Shown piece after piece: positions 26,259 through 56,900 of a stretch of 64,000 nucleotides of DNA. A model generated the notes under the pieces. It searched no databases, was not told the DNA's origin, and worked only from the letters and a program-made list of their open reading frames with translations. Positions within the stretch are counted from its first letter, which is position 1; every line of letters begins with the position of its first letter. A program made the translations under genes and the position numbers. Location: the NCBI GenBank assembly GCA_013265495.1, contig MU057941.1, forward strand, positions 1 to 64,000, in the 5' to 3' direction. This stretch comes from Vicugna vicugna. Its lineage: Eukaryota.

Positions 26259-27899
26259 TTGAAGAGCACAACCTTAATGAAAATTCAGTGTTATCCTTCA
26301 ATTTAAAGATTATGCCTTACATCTTAATTGACCATCAGGCCTCAAATTGGTCACCTTTCTTCCAAGTTCTCTATTATCACAGAGCCATTTATTCTCCGTT
26401 TCCTCCCAGTGGTGACCTCCCGGTGATCTCTGACCTTTACCTTCCACAGCCACATACACCTAGTGGGCCAGTCTGTGCGACTCCATCTCTGTGCTGTTGT
26501 TCAGACACAAGCATTACTCTTCGTTCCCATCCCCAAATCCCCTGGCAGGGCCCCGGGCCATGCCTGCTCTTTATAACCTCCTTTCCCTCGGAATGCCCGT
26601 CTTCCCCTGTCCCTCTCACAGCATTCTTCCCTGGCTCAGTCATGTCGCCCCAGGCTCCCAAGCACAGGGCAGTCTTCTCAGTCATGTGCTGACTTGTGAC
26701 AGCAGAGCACCTGTCCCACCTCAGGTATGGGACTCATCTCCCCAGTGCCGGCGACTGTCTCTGAGACCTCCTGTCACCCTCATCCTCGGTCCTCTCCTTC
26801 CGTCTTTCAGTGTGTGTGTGGAATCCTCACTTTACCTGGTCACCTTTCAGCACCAGCTGTCCCTTCCACTTAGAGGCTGAGGTCTGACGTTTTTCCAGAA
26901 CCATCCATTCCCCGAACTCCTCTCGTACAGTTAGTGAAGTGGTTCGTGGCATGGCTCTGACATCAAGTCCAACTACACTGTACCCCTGGATGTTCAGTGC
27001 CATGCTTTGTGCTTATGTGCACATTTGACATTGCTCATAATAGAAAGCTGAGGAAAGTGGATGTTTGTTGAACTGAATTAAAGGAGATTTACAGGCCATC
27101 TCTGCTTGAATTTCCACTGGGGCTCTGGGCACTGGCTTAGGACCCCCATCCGCACCTCAGTGGCAGGGAATGGTCCTGGCTCAGAATAACCGAATTCCCT
27201 GCTCCCAGTGACACCTAATCCCCCTCACGTGGCCATGGAGAAGGCACCTGATCCCAGAGGCATCTGCTCCCGAGGTGACTTCATGCTCTGGCAGAAAGCA
27301 GTCCTGAGTAGCCCCGTGTCCACATGGGAGCAGACATCAAACAGAAGTGGAGGAAAATAGCTCAGGGGAAGCCGCCGGCTCCAGGATGGGGGCTCAGCTG
27401 CTCTCCAATTAGCGCCTCCCGAGCTGCTCACATTCCCGAGACGTAATACATGTTTTTCCAGCGCATCCAGAAATAAATGCAGTTCTGTGTCCTGGCGGTG
27501 AGGATTAGCTCTAGCCGAGTGATGGCTGAAGGAACGAGGGCTCCTCCTGTTCCCATAAAGCTGGCTAATAATATACAAAGTCATCTGTCCCCCGCTGACG
27601 GGGGAGGGGCTCCACAGCAGCCCAGGACCCAGTTGCCCCCAAAAGCTGCCTATTTGAGCACCAAGAGTTCCTCTCCTTTAAGATTTCTCCCTCTCTGGAT
27701 GGAAACCTCTTTAAAAAACACACATATGTGTCCCTCTCTCCCTCCTCATCTCAATAAAACAAATCCCTTATGATGTCCTCAGTGTCATCAAGACAGCCAG
27801 TCCCACCGTGCTGTAACACGTGGAAACCTCCAGATGCAGAGGAAAACTTAACATCTACAGCGTGCGGCCCACAGCCCCGGGCATGCGCGCCTGGCATTT

Positions 27900-28070
27900 T
27901 AATATCCTACGGATGCGTGTAACTTGTCTGCAAGGCAGCTGCATCACCCCCATGTTGCAGAGGAGAACACAGAGGCCCAGGGAAGTCGGGCGCGGGGCTC
28001 GCCATCACACAGGTGAATGGTGAGCGGTGGGATTCGGGCCCAGGCCATCTGGACGTGCAGTGCTTCCCTT
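27900..28070 (-). mobile_element. MIR SINE fragment
   Basis: cccatgttgcagaggagaacacagaggcccagggaagt...gggattcgggcccagg resembles the antisense MIR core. Confidence 0.55.
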
Positions 28071-29486
28071 CCCTATGGAGAACTGCCCAAATGGCCGTCC
28101 TTGTTCATTCCTGATCTCTAGTTTTAAAATGGTCTCTGGAGAACGGTGTCTCCACACCCCCCCACCAACTCTGACCCTCTTCCTGTAGCCTCGGGCAGGC
28201 TTCCCACCCTGCCACCCTCCATTTCCTCATGTGCAGGAGCAGGTTGCCCAGCAAAGGACCCGAAGATTCCCCGCTGGACGCTCCACAACTGCCCGAGGAG
28301 GGAGCTGACGGCAGCAGGACGGGGTGGTGATTCAGGGAAAGCCGGCGTGGGAGGCCAGCCTTTCAGAGCTCGAACTGGGCTCAGTAACAGGACCTGTGAT
28401 GTTTTACAAGGAACTCAAAGGAATCCCGTATGGGAAGCATCCTCACGGTTTCCCGGAGGTGGGTATGAATATGGCTGTACAGGAGGCGGGTAAACTGGTG
28501 ATGACAAAAGTTAAAAGCTAACTGGGCCTTTTTTTGTGGCCCACAAAACCCCGCCCAGCAACAACTCTGGGTGTTTAAGAAGGAACTGCCAGCGCCCCTC
28601 CCCCTGCCGTGGCCGCCCTGCATGTGTCACCGCCTGAGATGTAGCCCGGGCCCCTCACGCTGCCCCTCGGCCCCACGGGGCCTGCCACAGGCCCTGCTCC
28701 CACAGGTGACACGAACCTGTCCTGACGGGCCTCCCAGGGAGGTGGCCGGCCGGCGGCACAAAGACTTGGACTGACGTGTCACTGGGCAGGTGGGGCAGGA
28801 CCTCAAGGAGACCAGTCTGTCTCAGAACACGGTGGACCCTTTCGGAGGAACGGGCTCTCTTCTTGGATGAGGAGGGGCTGCAGGGAAGGGGCTGTCGGTC
28901 CCAGCTGGAGGAGGGGCGGCAACGCGCAGCAAGCCCACAGCGGGCGGGTTTCGGGCTTTCTGATTCTCCCCCTGGTGGCCACTCGCCTTCATAAATGTGT
29001 GCTTTGAGCTAAAATCACCTAACTCTCAAAAATGATTCACCCACCCTGTGTCCTAGAAACTGTTAAGAAGAAAAGCTACATTTCCCATTTCTTTTGTATA
29101 TTCTCGACGTGCTCTGCATTGGGGCCAGCATACAGTGGGTGTTTAATTAATGTCCCTGCATCTTGGGGACAAAAGCCCTGCTCCCCCGCCCACCCACGCC
29201 TCTTCCAGTGGCCTCCGTGCCGTGCTTGGTGTGGGTCCGTCGGGAGGGGCAGTATTCATTCTCAAGTGGGGACTGCTGACATGACTCAGAATGGACCACG
29301 GACGCCCACCTAAAGATCTGTCAGCAAGAAGGGGAAAAACTCACAAACACAAAGGAGAACTGGGGCCGGCAGAGCCTCAGTCGCACCCTCACTCCTCTCC
29401 TGAGGCTTTGTGTCTCCCGCCCTGACACCCCTCGCCCCCTTTCTCTGCGGGGCGGGGCACCCCCCTGCCCCCCCCCCGCCAGGCAG

Positions 29487-29544
29487 CAGCTGGTCCTTCC
29501 TGAGCAGTGATGTAGCTTAACAGCAGCAGGTCCTTAAGCAGCTG
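29487..29544. promoter_or_regulatory. Paired myogenic E-boxes upstream of MYH3
   Basis: CAGCTG at 29487-29492 and 29539-29544, ~650 bp upstream of the TATA, next to a GC-rich tract. Confidence 0.5.
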
Positions 29545-30019
29545 CTCTTGTGGATTCTGGCTGGTGGGATAGCTCCCTGTCATTAATTTGCTTGTTGGTC
29601 CTGCTGGCGCTTAGGGAAGGATCAAGTTAATAATGACACTAATGAGACAGCGTCACACAGTGAGAGGAGGAGATTATTACTATTGTTGTAGTGGTGGTGT
29701 TCTTGTTCCTGGCACAAGGTTTACAGTCACAGTCCTGTCACAACCCTGTGCTGTGACAAGAAGTCTTGCTCAAAACTCCAAGAGGATTTTTAACTTCTGT
29801 GTCCTCAGTTTCATCCCTTTTCCCACAGATAAAGATTTTTAAGCCCCCGCTGTCCCCAGGGCGCACACTGATTTCCGAGTGCGGCACGCACAGGATGGAG
29901 TCAGGCGGGACCCCCGAGAGCCTGTCCCATCGCACTGAGCGAAGACACACCAGCCCCAAGTCCAGAGAAAGGCATCTCAGACCTCCAGCCTTCTACAGCT
30001 GGGTGGCTGCCGACCCTGC

Positions 30020-30160
30020 CTATTTCTATATATACCTCTCCCTTGGCAGTGACCAAAAGTGAGGAAGGCGCTGCGGCTCAGCTTGTGGCGTCGGTCACCC
30101 TCTTTCCAAATATAGAGAAGGGCTGAGTGGCGGGGCTTCACGGGGGCTATAAAAGCCCCG
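30020..30160 (+). promoter_or_regulatory. MYH3: MYH3 core promoter
   Basis: TATAAAA at 30148-30154; CArG/MEF2-like CCAAATATAG at 30106-30115; A/T-rich ctatttctatatatac at ~30020-30035; CpG-rich context. Confidence 0.8.
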
Positions 30161-30177
30161 GGAGCTGCCCCTCTGTA

Positions 30178-30195
30178 GCTGCACCGTGGGCGGAG
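30178..30195 (+). other. MYH3: MYH3 non-coding exon 1 (start approximate)
   Basis: Begins ~25-30 nt after the TATA and ends at a strong donor GAG|gtaagt (30195/30196). Confidence 0.75.
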
Positions 30196-30791
30196 GTAAG
30201 TCCCCGCGCCCCTCACGCGGCTCCCAGACTCCACCGCGTGCGGCCCTGCCCGGCTTCGGTGAGGATGAGTTAGATATGGAGCTAGGGCTCTGGCCCAAGC
30301 GCCCCCTCTAGCCCCTACTTTCTCCTCCCACCCTCCCCCGACCCCGTCTTCGAGTGCCTGCTGGGCAGGGCCGCTTCGATGCTCCCTGACCACGGCCCGT
30401 CCACCATGGCCCAGCGATCCCCTTGGCCTCTCTGGTCTGTGCGAGGCCAGGAGACTCACCTTCCCGACCTGGGCTGTGTGCCCTGCAGGTGTCTGTCCTC
30501 GAGGCCATGCTGGCTGTGTGTCAGTTGGCCAGTTTGAGATTTCTCCCCATTCACAGAGACGGGGCCTGACCATGGCTTGGTCCAAAAGCTTTTTAAACAG
30601 TGTTCTGTCCTTGCTGCCCTGAATGGGAGGCACTGCAGAGTGAGGACGGAGCCATAGTGGGCTGGGAGGAGCCAGGTGTGGGGCGGGTGGCGGCTTTTAC
30701 TGCCTTAATGGCTCCGCGGTGGGTCAAGTCCCACCTGCTCCTGCAGCCTGCCTCTGGGGTCAGGCTCTTTTCAAGTTATCAGTCCTTACCC

Positions 30792-30953
30792 TTTTTTAAA
30801 AAATTAAAAAAACTTCTTTTTTGGGGGGAGGTCATTAGGTCTGTTTATTTATTATTAGTGTTTTGTTTGTTGTTTTAATGGAGGCACTGGGGATTGAACC
30901 CAGGACCTCGTGCATGCTAAGCACATGCTCTACCACTGAGCTATATCCTCCCC
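30792..30953 (-). mobile_element. tRNA-Ala-derived SINE (camelid Vic-1-like) in MYH3 intron 1
   Basis: Reverse complement GGGGAGGATATAGCTCAGTGGTAGAGCATGTGCTTAGCATGCACGAGGTCCTGGGTTCAATCCCCAGTGCCTCCA plus A-rich tail with cctaatgacctcccccc. Flanking cagtcctt at 30780 and 30956. Two more copies in the window. Confidence 0.88.
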
Positions 30954-31056
30954 TCCAGTCCTTGTCCTTATTTAGTGAATCCATCAAGACCCAATTCAGA
31001 ACCAAACCAGACACTTCCACGTGTCCTGAGCTTGCTTTTTGCCTTTTTTATTGCAG

Positions 31057-31112
31057 ATCTGATTTCCCACGGCTGCTGTTGTCCGCTGCCCTGCTGTGGC
31101 TGTGACTTTCAG
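31057..31112 (+). other. MYH3: MYH3 non-coding exon 2
   Basis: Polypyrimidine tract and ttgcag| acceptor; CAG|gtgaga donor; no ATG. Splices to exon 3 eight nt before the ATG, as in human. Confidence 0.75.
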
Positions 31113-31600
31113 GTGAGAAAGAAGGTCAGGTCCCCTGGCTTGGAAGTCTCCTGGGGACCAGTCCCTCCCACGTCCAGTGCCTGGAGCACAAGTCCTGTAG
31201 AGCGTGGAGCAGGACAACCTAGGCTGGAGAGGAGGAGAGGAGGGAGCACTTGGGGAGACCTTCCAAACAGAGGCTGAGGTCAGATGCTACTGCTGTCCTT
31301 AGAACAGAACCGAAGGAAGCAGAGCCACTTTCCTTGTGTGAAGAGGTAGCTGCCTTGAATCAAAATGGTTCCAAAGTTCCTTAGCTGGTTACCATCGAGC
31401 ACACTGTCTGAAAAATGGAGTTTATTTGTGATGGTGTTTATTTTTAAATCTGCCCTCAGCAGCACCTGGGTTTACAGGAGAGGAAAGTGAGGTCCCAAGA
31501 GCTGCGCCCAGCTCTAGGTCCCCGTGCCGCGGCCCGGCGAGTGCGGGAGCTGGGGCTGCGCGTGCTCCGTGCCCCCTGCGCAGGAACTGCGCCTGTTTGA

Positions 31601-51035
<19,435 letters not shown>

Positions 51036-51134
51036 GCCATCCGCTTCCGGGACAGGATGGGAAATATGCAGAATGTATGTTTTCATTGCTCCTGGCCCTT
51101 ATACTCAATTTCCATGTGACTGCTTTTCACATGC

Positions 51135-51140
51135 AATAAA
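51135..51140 (+). terminator. MYH3: MYH3 polyadenylation signal
   Basis: AATAAA 100 nt after the stop, followed by a T/GT-rich downstream element. Confidence 0.9.
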
Positions 51141-52537
51141 CGTTGCTTTGTTTCCATTTTCTTTTGGTGATATTTATACCCAACGTGGAAATCTCAGTGA
51201 GCAGCTGCCTTCATAAATTCAACTGGTGTGTGTATGTGGGGAAGAGGAGAGGTTGCTTTTGGTTTAAATTTGAGATTAGGTCAGAAATAAGATGTATTCC
51301 TAGGTTAACCAAGGCTTTGGCAGGGGAAGAGGGAGGAAGGCGAGTCTGTCCAAGAGTCGTCTCCCAACTTGTCACGAAGATTTGGTTCAGGAAAAGCCCG
51401 TCTCAAGGAGATACGGCTGTAAGTCGAGGCCAGGGTCCCCCCACATCCTGTCAGGGAACTACGCTGGGATCTAGTAAAAGTTGGTCAGGCACTGCTCCAC
51501 ACAAGCATTAGAACTAACTGCTAGGAATACACGAACGAATGAAATAGTGTCTGGTCCCTCCAGGGGCTCGGTCTGAATCCACCACTGGCTTCTTGGCTGA
51601 GTCTGCACTATTTCAAAGCCACACAACAGAAAATCTCACCCCTTATCCAGGGTAAACCTGTCTTTGCTGAAAGAGAGAAATAGGTCAGGAAGTCAGACTA
51701 TCTGGCCGAGCTGCTACTGGAAACAGCGCCTTCAAACCGGGAGTCATTTGTTCATTGTCGTAATTAAACTTACCAGAAACAGGTGTCAAGTTCCCTTCTT
51801 TTTCTGACTGTAGACCATCAGGAGCTGACCCGGCTTCATTCGTGGGAATTAAAGTCCCAGGGGAGTTCAGTGCCTCCTGGGATTTGTCATTCTGTAGGAG
51901 GAAGGCCACTGTGGCTGGCAGAGCTGGCCTGCCAGTGATTTCAGATAATCTTACCTCAAACACATCTCTTGACTTGCTTTCAAGACTTCATGGCAACACT
52001 GCGACACAAGGCAGCCCGTCCGCCTGGTGGTGGCCATGGCTGAGGGGCAGTCACAGCCGTGAGGACGCGTCGGCCCAGGCCCCGGCCCCAGGCTGGGCCA
52101 GGAGGGCTGCCGCTGCTCAGGGCCCCTCAGTACTTACAGGGACAGCCCGAGACTGCCTTCTGTGCAAGTGGGGGACAGACAAGCAAACGCAGCTTCTCAT
52201 GGAGGTGTTCGAACTGGCAGGTGAGGAATGGAAGGCCGGGAACGTCGTCGTTTTTATATGAGTGATGAACCCCCGATGAATTACAGCTGCTCGTATCACA
52301 GAATAACACAACCGGACACGAGACGCCTCCTGACAGAAGCTTGCACGTTGCTGCCTGTGAGGAACGCCTGCCCCACAGTCCAACTCGGGTCTGATCAAGA
52401 CTCTAACTGTGCCACCGACTTACAGGAAAAGCAGAACCAGAGACCCCTGGGACCACTGACAAACTCCAGGATTTGTGCTCAAGTGAACAAAACACTTCAT
52501 TTCTTCAATAAATAAATTGCAAGGAAAAATGCATTTA

Positions 52538-53998
52538 TGGATCAATAGAACAGAATAGAGAGCCCAGAAATAAACCTACAGACCTATGGTCAATTCATCT
52601 TCGACAAAGGAGGCAAGAATATACAATTGAGAAAAGACAGTCCCTTCAGGAAGTGGTTTTGGGGTAACTGGACAGCAGCGTGTAAATCAATGAAGCTAGA
52701 ACACTCCCTCACACCATACACAAAAATAAACTCAAAATGGCTTAAAGACTTAAACATAAGATAAGATCCTATAAATCTCTTAGAAGAAAACATAAGCAAA
52801 ACATTCTTTGACATAAATCTCAGCAATGTTCTCCTAGGGCAGTCTACCCAGGCAATAAAAATAAGAGCAAAAATAAATAAATGAGACCTAATTAAATCTA
52901 TAAGCTTTTGCACAGAAAAGGAAACCATAAGCAAAACAAAACAACCACCTACGGAATGGGAGAAAATATTTGCAAATGATGTGACTGATAAAGGCTTAAT
53001 TTCTGGAATATATAAACAGCTCATATCATTTAATAACAAAGAAACAAACACCCTAATCCAAAAATGGGCAGAAGACCTAAACAAGCTATTCTCCAATGAA
53101 GACATACAAATGGCCAATAGGCACATGAAAAAATGCTCAGTATCACTAATTAGCAGAGAAATGCAAATCAAAACTACAATGAGGTATCACCTCACACCAG
53201 TCAGAGTGGCCATCATTCAAAAGTCCATGAACAATAAATGCTGGAGAGGCTGTGGAGAAAAGGGAACCCTTCTACACTGCTGGTGGGAATGTAGTTTGGT
53301 GCAGCCATTATGGAAAACAGTATGGAGATTCCTCAAAAGACGAAAAATAGATTTACCATATGATCCAGCAATCCCATGTCTAGGTATATATCTGGAGGGA
53401 ACTCTAATTTGAAAAGATACACGCACCCTAATGTTCATAGCAGCACTATAGACAATAGCCAAGACATGGAAACCTAAATGTCCATCAACAGATGACTGGA
53501 TAAAGAAGTTGTGGTACATTTATACAATGGACTACTACTCAGCCATAAAAAAGAATAAAATAATGCCATTTGCAGCAACATGGGTGGACCTGAAGGTTGT
53601 CATTCTAAGTGAAGTAAGCCAGAAAGAGAAAGAAAAATACCATATGATATTACTTATGTGTGGAATCTAAAAAAGAAAAAAAGGACACTATGAACTCATC
53701 TACTAAACAAAAACAGACTTGCAGACATAGTAAACAATCTTACAGTTACTGGGGAAAGGGGGTGGGAAGGGATAAATTTGGGAGTTTGAGATTTACAAAT
53801 GTTAGCCACTATATATAAAAATAGATTTTTGAAAAGTTTCTGCTGTATAGCACAGAGAACTATGTTCAATATCTTGTAATATCCTTTAATGGAAAAAATA
53901 TGAAAATGAATATATGTACGTATACACATGACTGGGACATTGTGCTGTACCCCAGAAACTGACACATTGTAACTGACGGTACTTCAATTAAAAGAAAG
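52538..53998 (+). mobile_element. 5'-truncated L1 (ORF2 C-terminus plus 3'UTR)
   Basis: ORF 52981-53412 [13 protein letters not shown]...HCWWEC...LPYDPAIP. Imperfect TSD aaaatgcattta (52526-52537) / aaaatacattta (53999-54010). Confidence 0.93.
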
Positions 53999-56900
53999 AA
54001 AATACATTTAAAAAGTGGAAAGGGGAGCTAGAGATGAAAAGAGACAGACCTACCTACCCAGTGCAGAGCCTGGACGTGTCAGGGCACACACACACGTGCG
54101 CTCCATTTGGTAAAATTTGAATATTGACTGGATATTTGATGATGTTATAGGATTACTATTCCTTTTCAAGGTATAATGTAATGTTGTGATTATGTTTTCT
54201 AAAATAGTCCATATCTTTCAAAAATATGCAGAAGAATACTTAGAGATAAGAAAGGAAGAGAGAATGAAAAAAGAAAGTAGGCAGGCAGGGCCATCTTTAA
54301 AGTTATTTTATAGAATTTCAGAAAAAGAACTGACAAGAGGTTCCTGATGCATTTTATGCAGAACTGAGCCACAAACTGGAAAACCTCTGAAGTGTGGGAC
54401 CTGACGTGTCCTCATATTGGGAAAGTGCAGTATTTCACACAAAAGGAGGCAGTGAGGAGATGGGTTCTGGAAGCGATCCATAGCCATCTCTATTAGGCTC
54501 TGATTTAGTGAAGGATAAAATGGAAAAATTATTCTCTGTGAGTTAATATTATGGGCAACTTTGCCATAAAGCAAAGTTGTTCCATTTATTCCGTGAAGCA
54601 AAGGATGCCCACGACTATAGAAAACATAGGCCCTGTTACTGCAGAGAGAAAAATGAAATCACAGATCTCATTCCCCACAAGGCCCCGCCGCGCCCCGCGG
54701 GCGGGAGCAGAGAAGGACGAGGGCGTGAGGCACCGCTCACTGAGCCTCTCCCTGGGCGCTTGGCGCGCACCGCCTCATATCACCTGCTGAGGAGCTCAGC
54801 CGCGACAAGACGGGCCTCTTGCCCTTGCGCTGCAGATGAAGAAGAAACCGAAACAGAGTCACCTGCTCAAGGTCAAGATGGCAGAACCGGGATTCTCTCC
54901 AGATCCCAGACTCCTGCACTACAACACGCCGCCTACCCGAGCAGCCGGGAAGCAGGCAGGAGACACACCCGAGATCCGTCAGAACAGGGCGGACAAGCCC
55001 AAAGCGTCCGTGTTTCCTCTTCCCGTCACCTTCGTCCAAGCATTCCTGTATAACCTTTCTCTTGCCCACCCACTCAGGCCACCCTGTCTGCAGAGTCTCC
55101 CCTCACACAGGCCATTTGACCATTTAGTAGCAGCTGAGGTCACCTTTAGCTCATTTTCACTACCTCCTGGTTCTTTTGCACATGAGCCCCAAAACAGGAT
55201 GGCAAAAAAAGGCTGAATGTCCCCCCTTTTGGCTAACTTCATTGGGTGGAACCCCACTACCTCCAGATTAAGGGCCATTTCAAGTTACTTTTTCTAAATA
55301 GCCTCACTTTTCTCTTATTATTTTTTCCTGGTTTCGGGCAAAGAATTTAATTTTCCCCCTATAATTTTCATACGATCTAGAAAACTACTAAGCCTCAAAT
55401 TTCCTAGCAGTAGACATCTTTTTTTTATTACCTTTTATAATGTTTTAATTACAGAAGAAATGCATTCTCAACACAGGATTTTAAAAAGTATGCCATCTCT
55501 AAAGGAACCATCGGGCAGCATGGCCGATTCCTTCTTTATTTGGAACAGATGAGATCTTGATTTATGATTAGCAGATGGCTCCCTTCTTAAGTGCACCGTG
55601 TCCTCGCAGGGGGCGAGGGGGCACTGTGCAGTGCGCAGCCTCCTGCGGGGGAGGGCAGCTCTCCTGTCCCCGCACCGGGTCCCCGTGACAGCTGAGGCTT
55701 TAATAAAGCAAAGTGTGCCTAGGAATGTCGGCTGAGAAACCGCCCAGAGCACAGAGGTCTTTTCCACCCCTCCTACTAGTCTCAACCAAAGCTGAAAACG
55801 GCTGCGGCTGAGAGGTCCTGGGGCTGCCTGCTGAGGCGGAGCGGCGATCCGGTTACCCTGAGACATGCGAGACATTCCCGAGGCTCTCCTGCCCCTGGGC
55901 GGCAGCTGGGGCCCGGGATAGTACCGATTATTTTTAGCTAAGATGTTTCAGGCTTTCCAGCAGTGATGAGCAAGAAGCCCCAAAGCCTGGGCATTTGGGG
56001 GCCTTCTCCAGGCTTTATCAACAGAGAGGTGGCCCTGAGGAACCCGAGGAGGTCCAGGGCAGCAGGTTACAGGCACCCTTAGGCCACCTTCATCAAGAAC
56101 CCCGACACCAGCTTGAGGAGAGAAAGGGCATCTTAGACAAAGAAAATGGACCATTGTTAACGACAGAGGGTTACCCAGTGACCCAAAGATACAAAAATAA
56201 ATGAGACAGAACCTTGAACCTCAAGGACAGTCAAGGAAATATAAGTACTCAAATAATGATGATGGCAAACAAAACACAGAGGTTATGGGAAACTGAGGAA
56301 GGTGGCAGGGTGACTTGCTTCTATAGTTAGAGACCAAGAGAAAGTCAACCCCTTTCGCAGTGATCAGAGTGCTCTGTACAAAGCAGGTGCTCAATGCATG
56401 TGCTGAACTGAATTCCCAGCAGGAAGGGAAGGGGGGTGGAATCTGTGTGTCCTTGGGGAAGACAGGTTCTTCTGACTTTCTGCCTCTGCGGATCACTACT
56501 AAAGACCCGACAATGGCCCAGAAGCTGTTCTTTACAAATCTGTGAGTGATCCTAGCCATGAACTTGAATTTCTTGGCTTCAAGTGGGGGCACGGCTGTTT
56601 GCAAATCACACTGGCTCATGAGCCCGAAGAGCCAGGCAGGCTCCCCTGCCGTGGGAAAACCTGCGCCTGGTGCCGGAGCCTTCACCTCCCCGACGCTTTG
56701 CTGCTACAGGTCTCGGGTTTGTGTTTCTTTACATTGATTCATTCGCCTATCATTTACCGACTGCCTACTACGTGCCCAGATACAGGAAACAGTGAACAGA
56801 AGTCCCCAGGGAAGCCAGACCAGGAAAAGGGAGTGAGAACTCCTGCCTTGAGGTCCCCAGGCCGAGCGGGGAGGGCGCACAGGCGGGCAGTGGGACACAC

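Noticed and set aside
29977..30633. 218-aa minus-strand ORF across the MYH3 promoter
   Set aside because: Stop-poor GC-rich promoter sequence, no protein-like features.
30878..30953. tRNA-Ala(AGC)-like sequence as a tRNA gene (also 47761 and 58510)
   Set aside because: Shared non-tRNA tail, flanking repeats and three diverged copies indicate a SINE.
52590..53519. 193-aa and 100-aa minus-strand ORFs
   Set aside because: Antisense translations of L1 ORF2, a common artefact.
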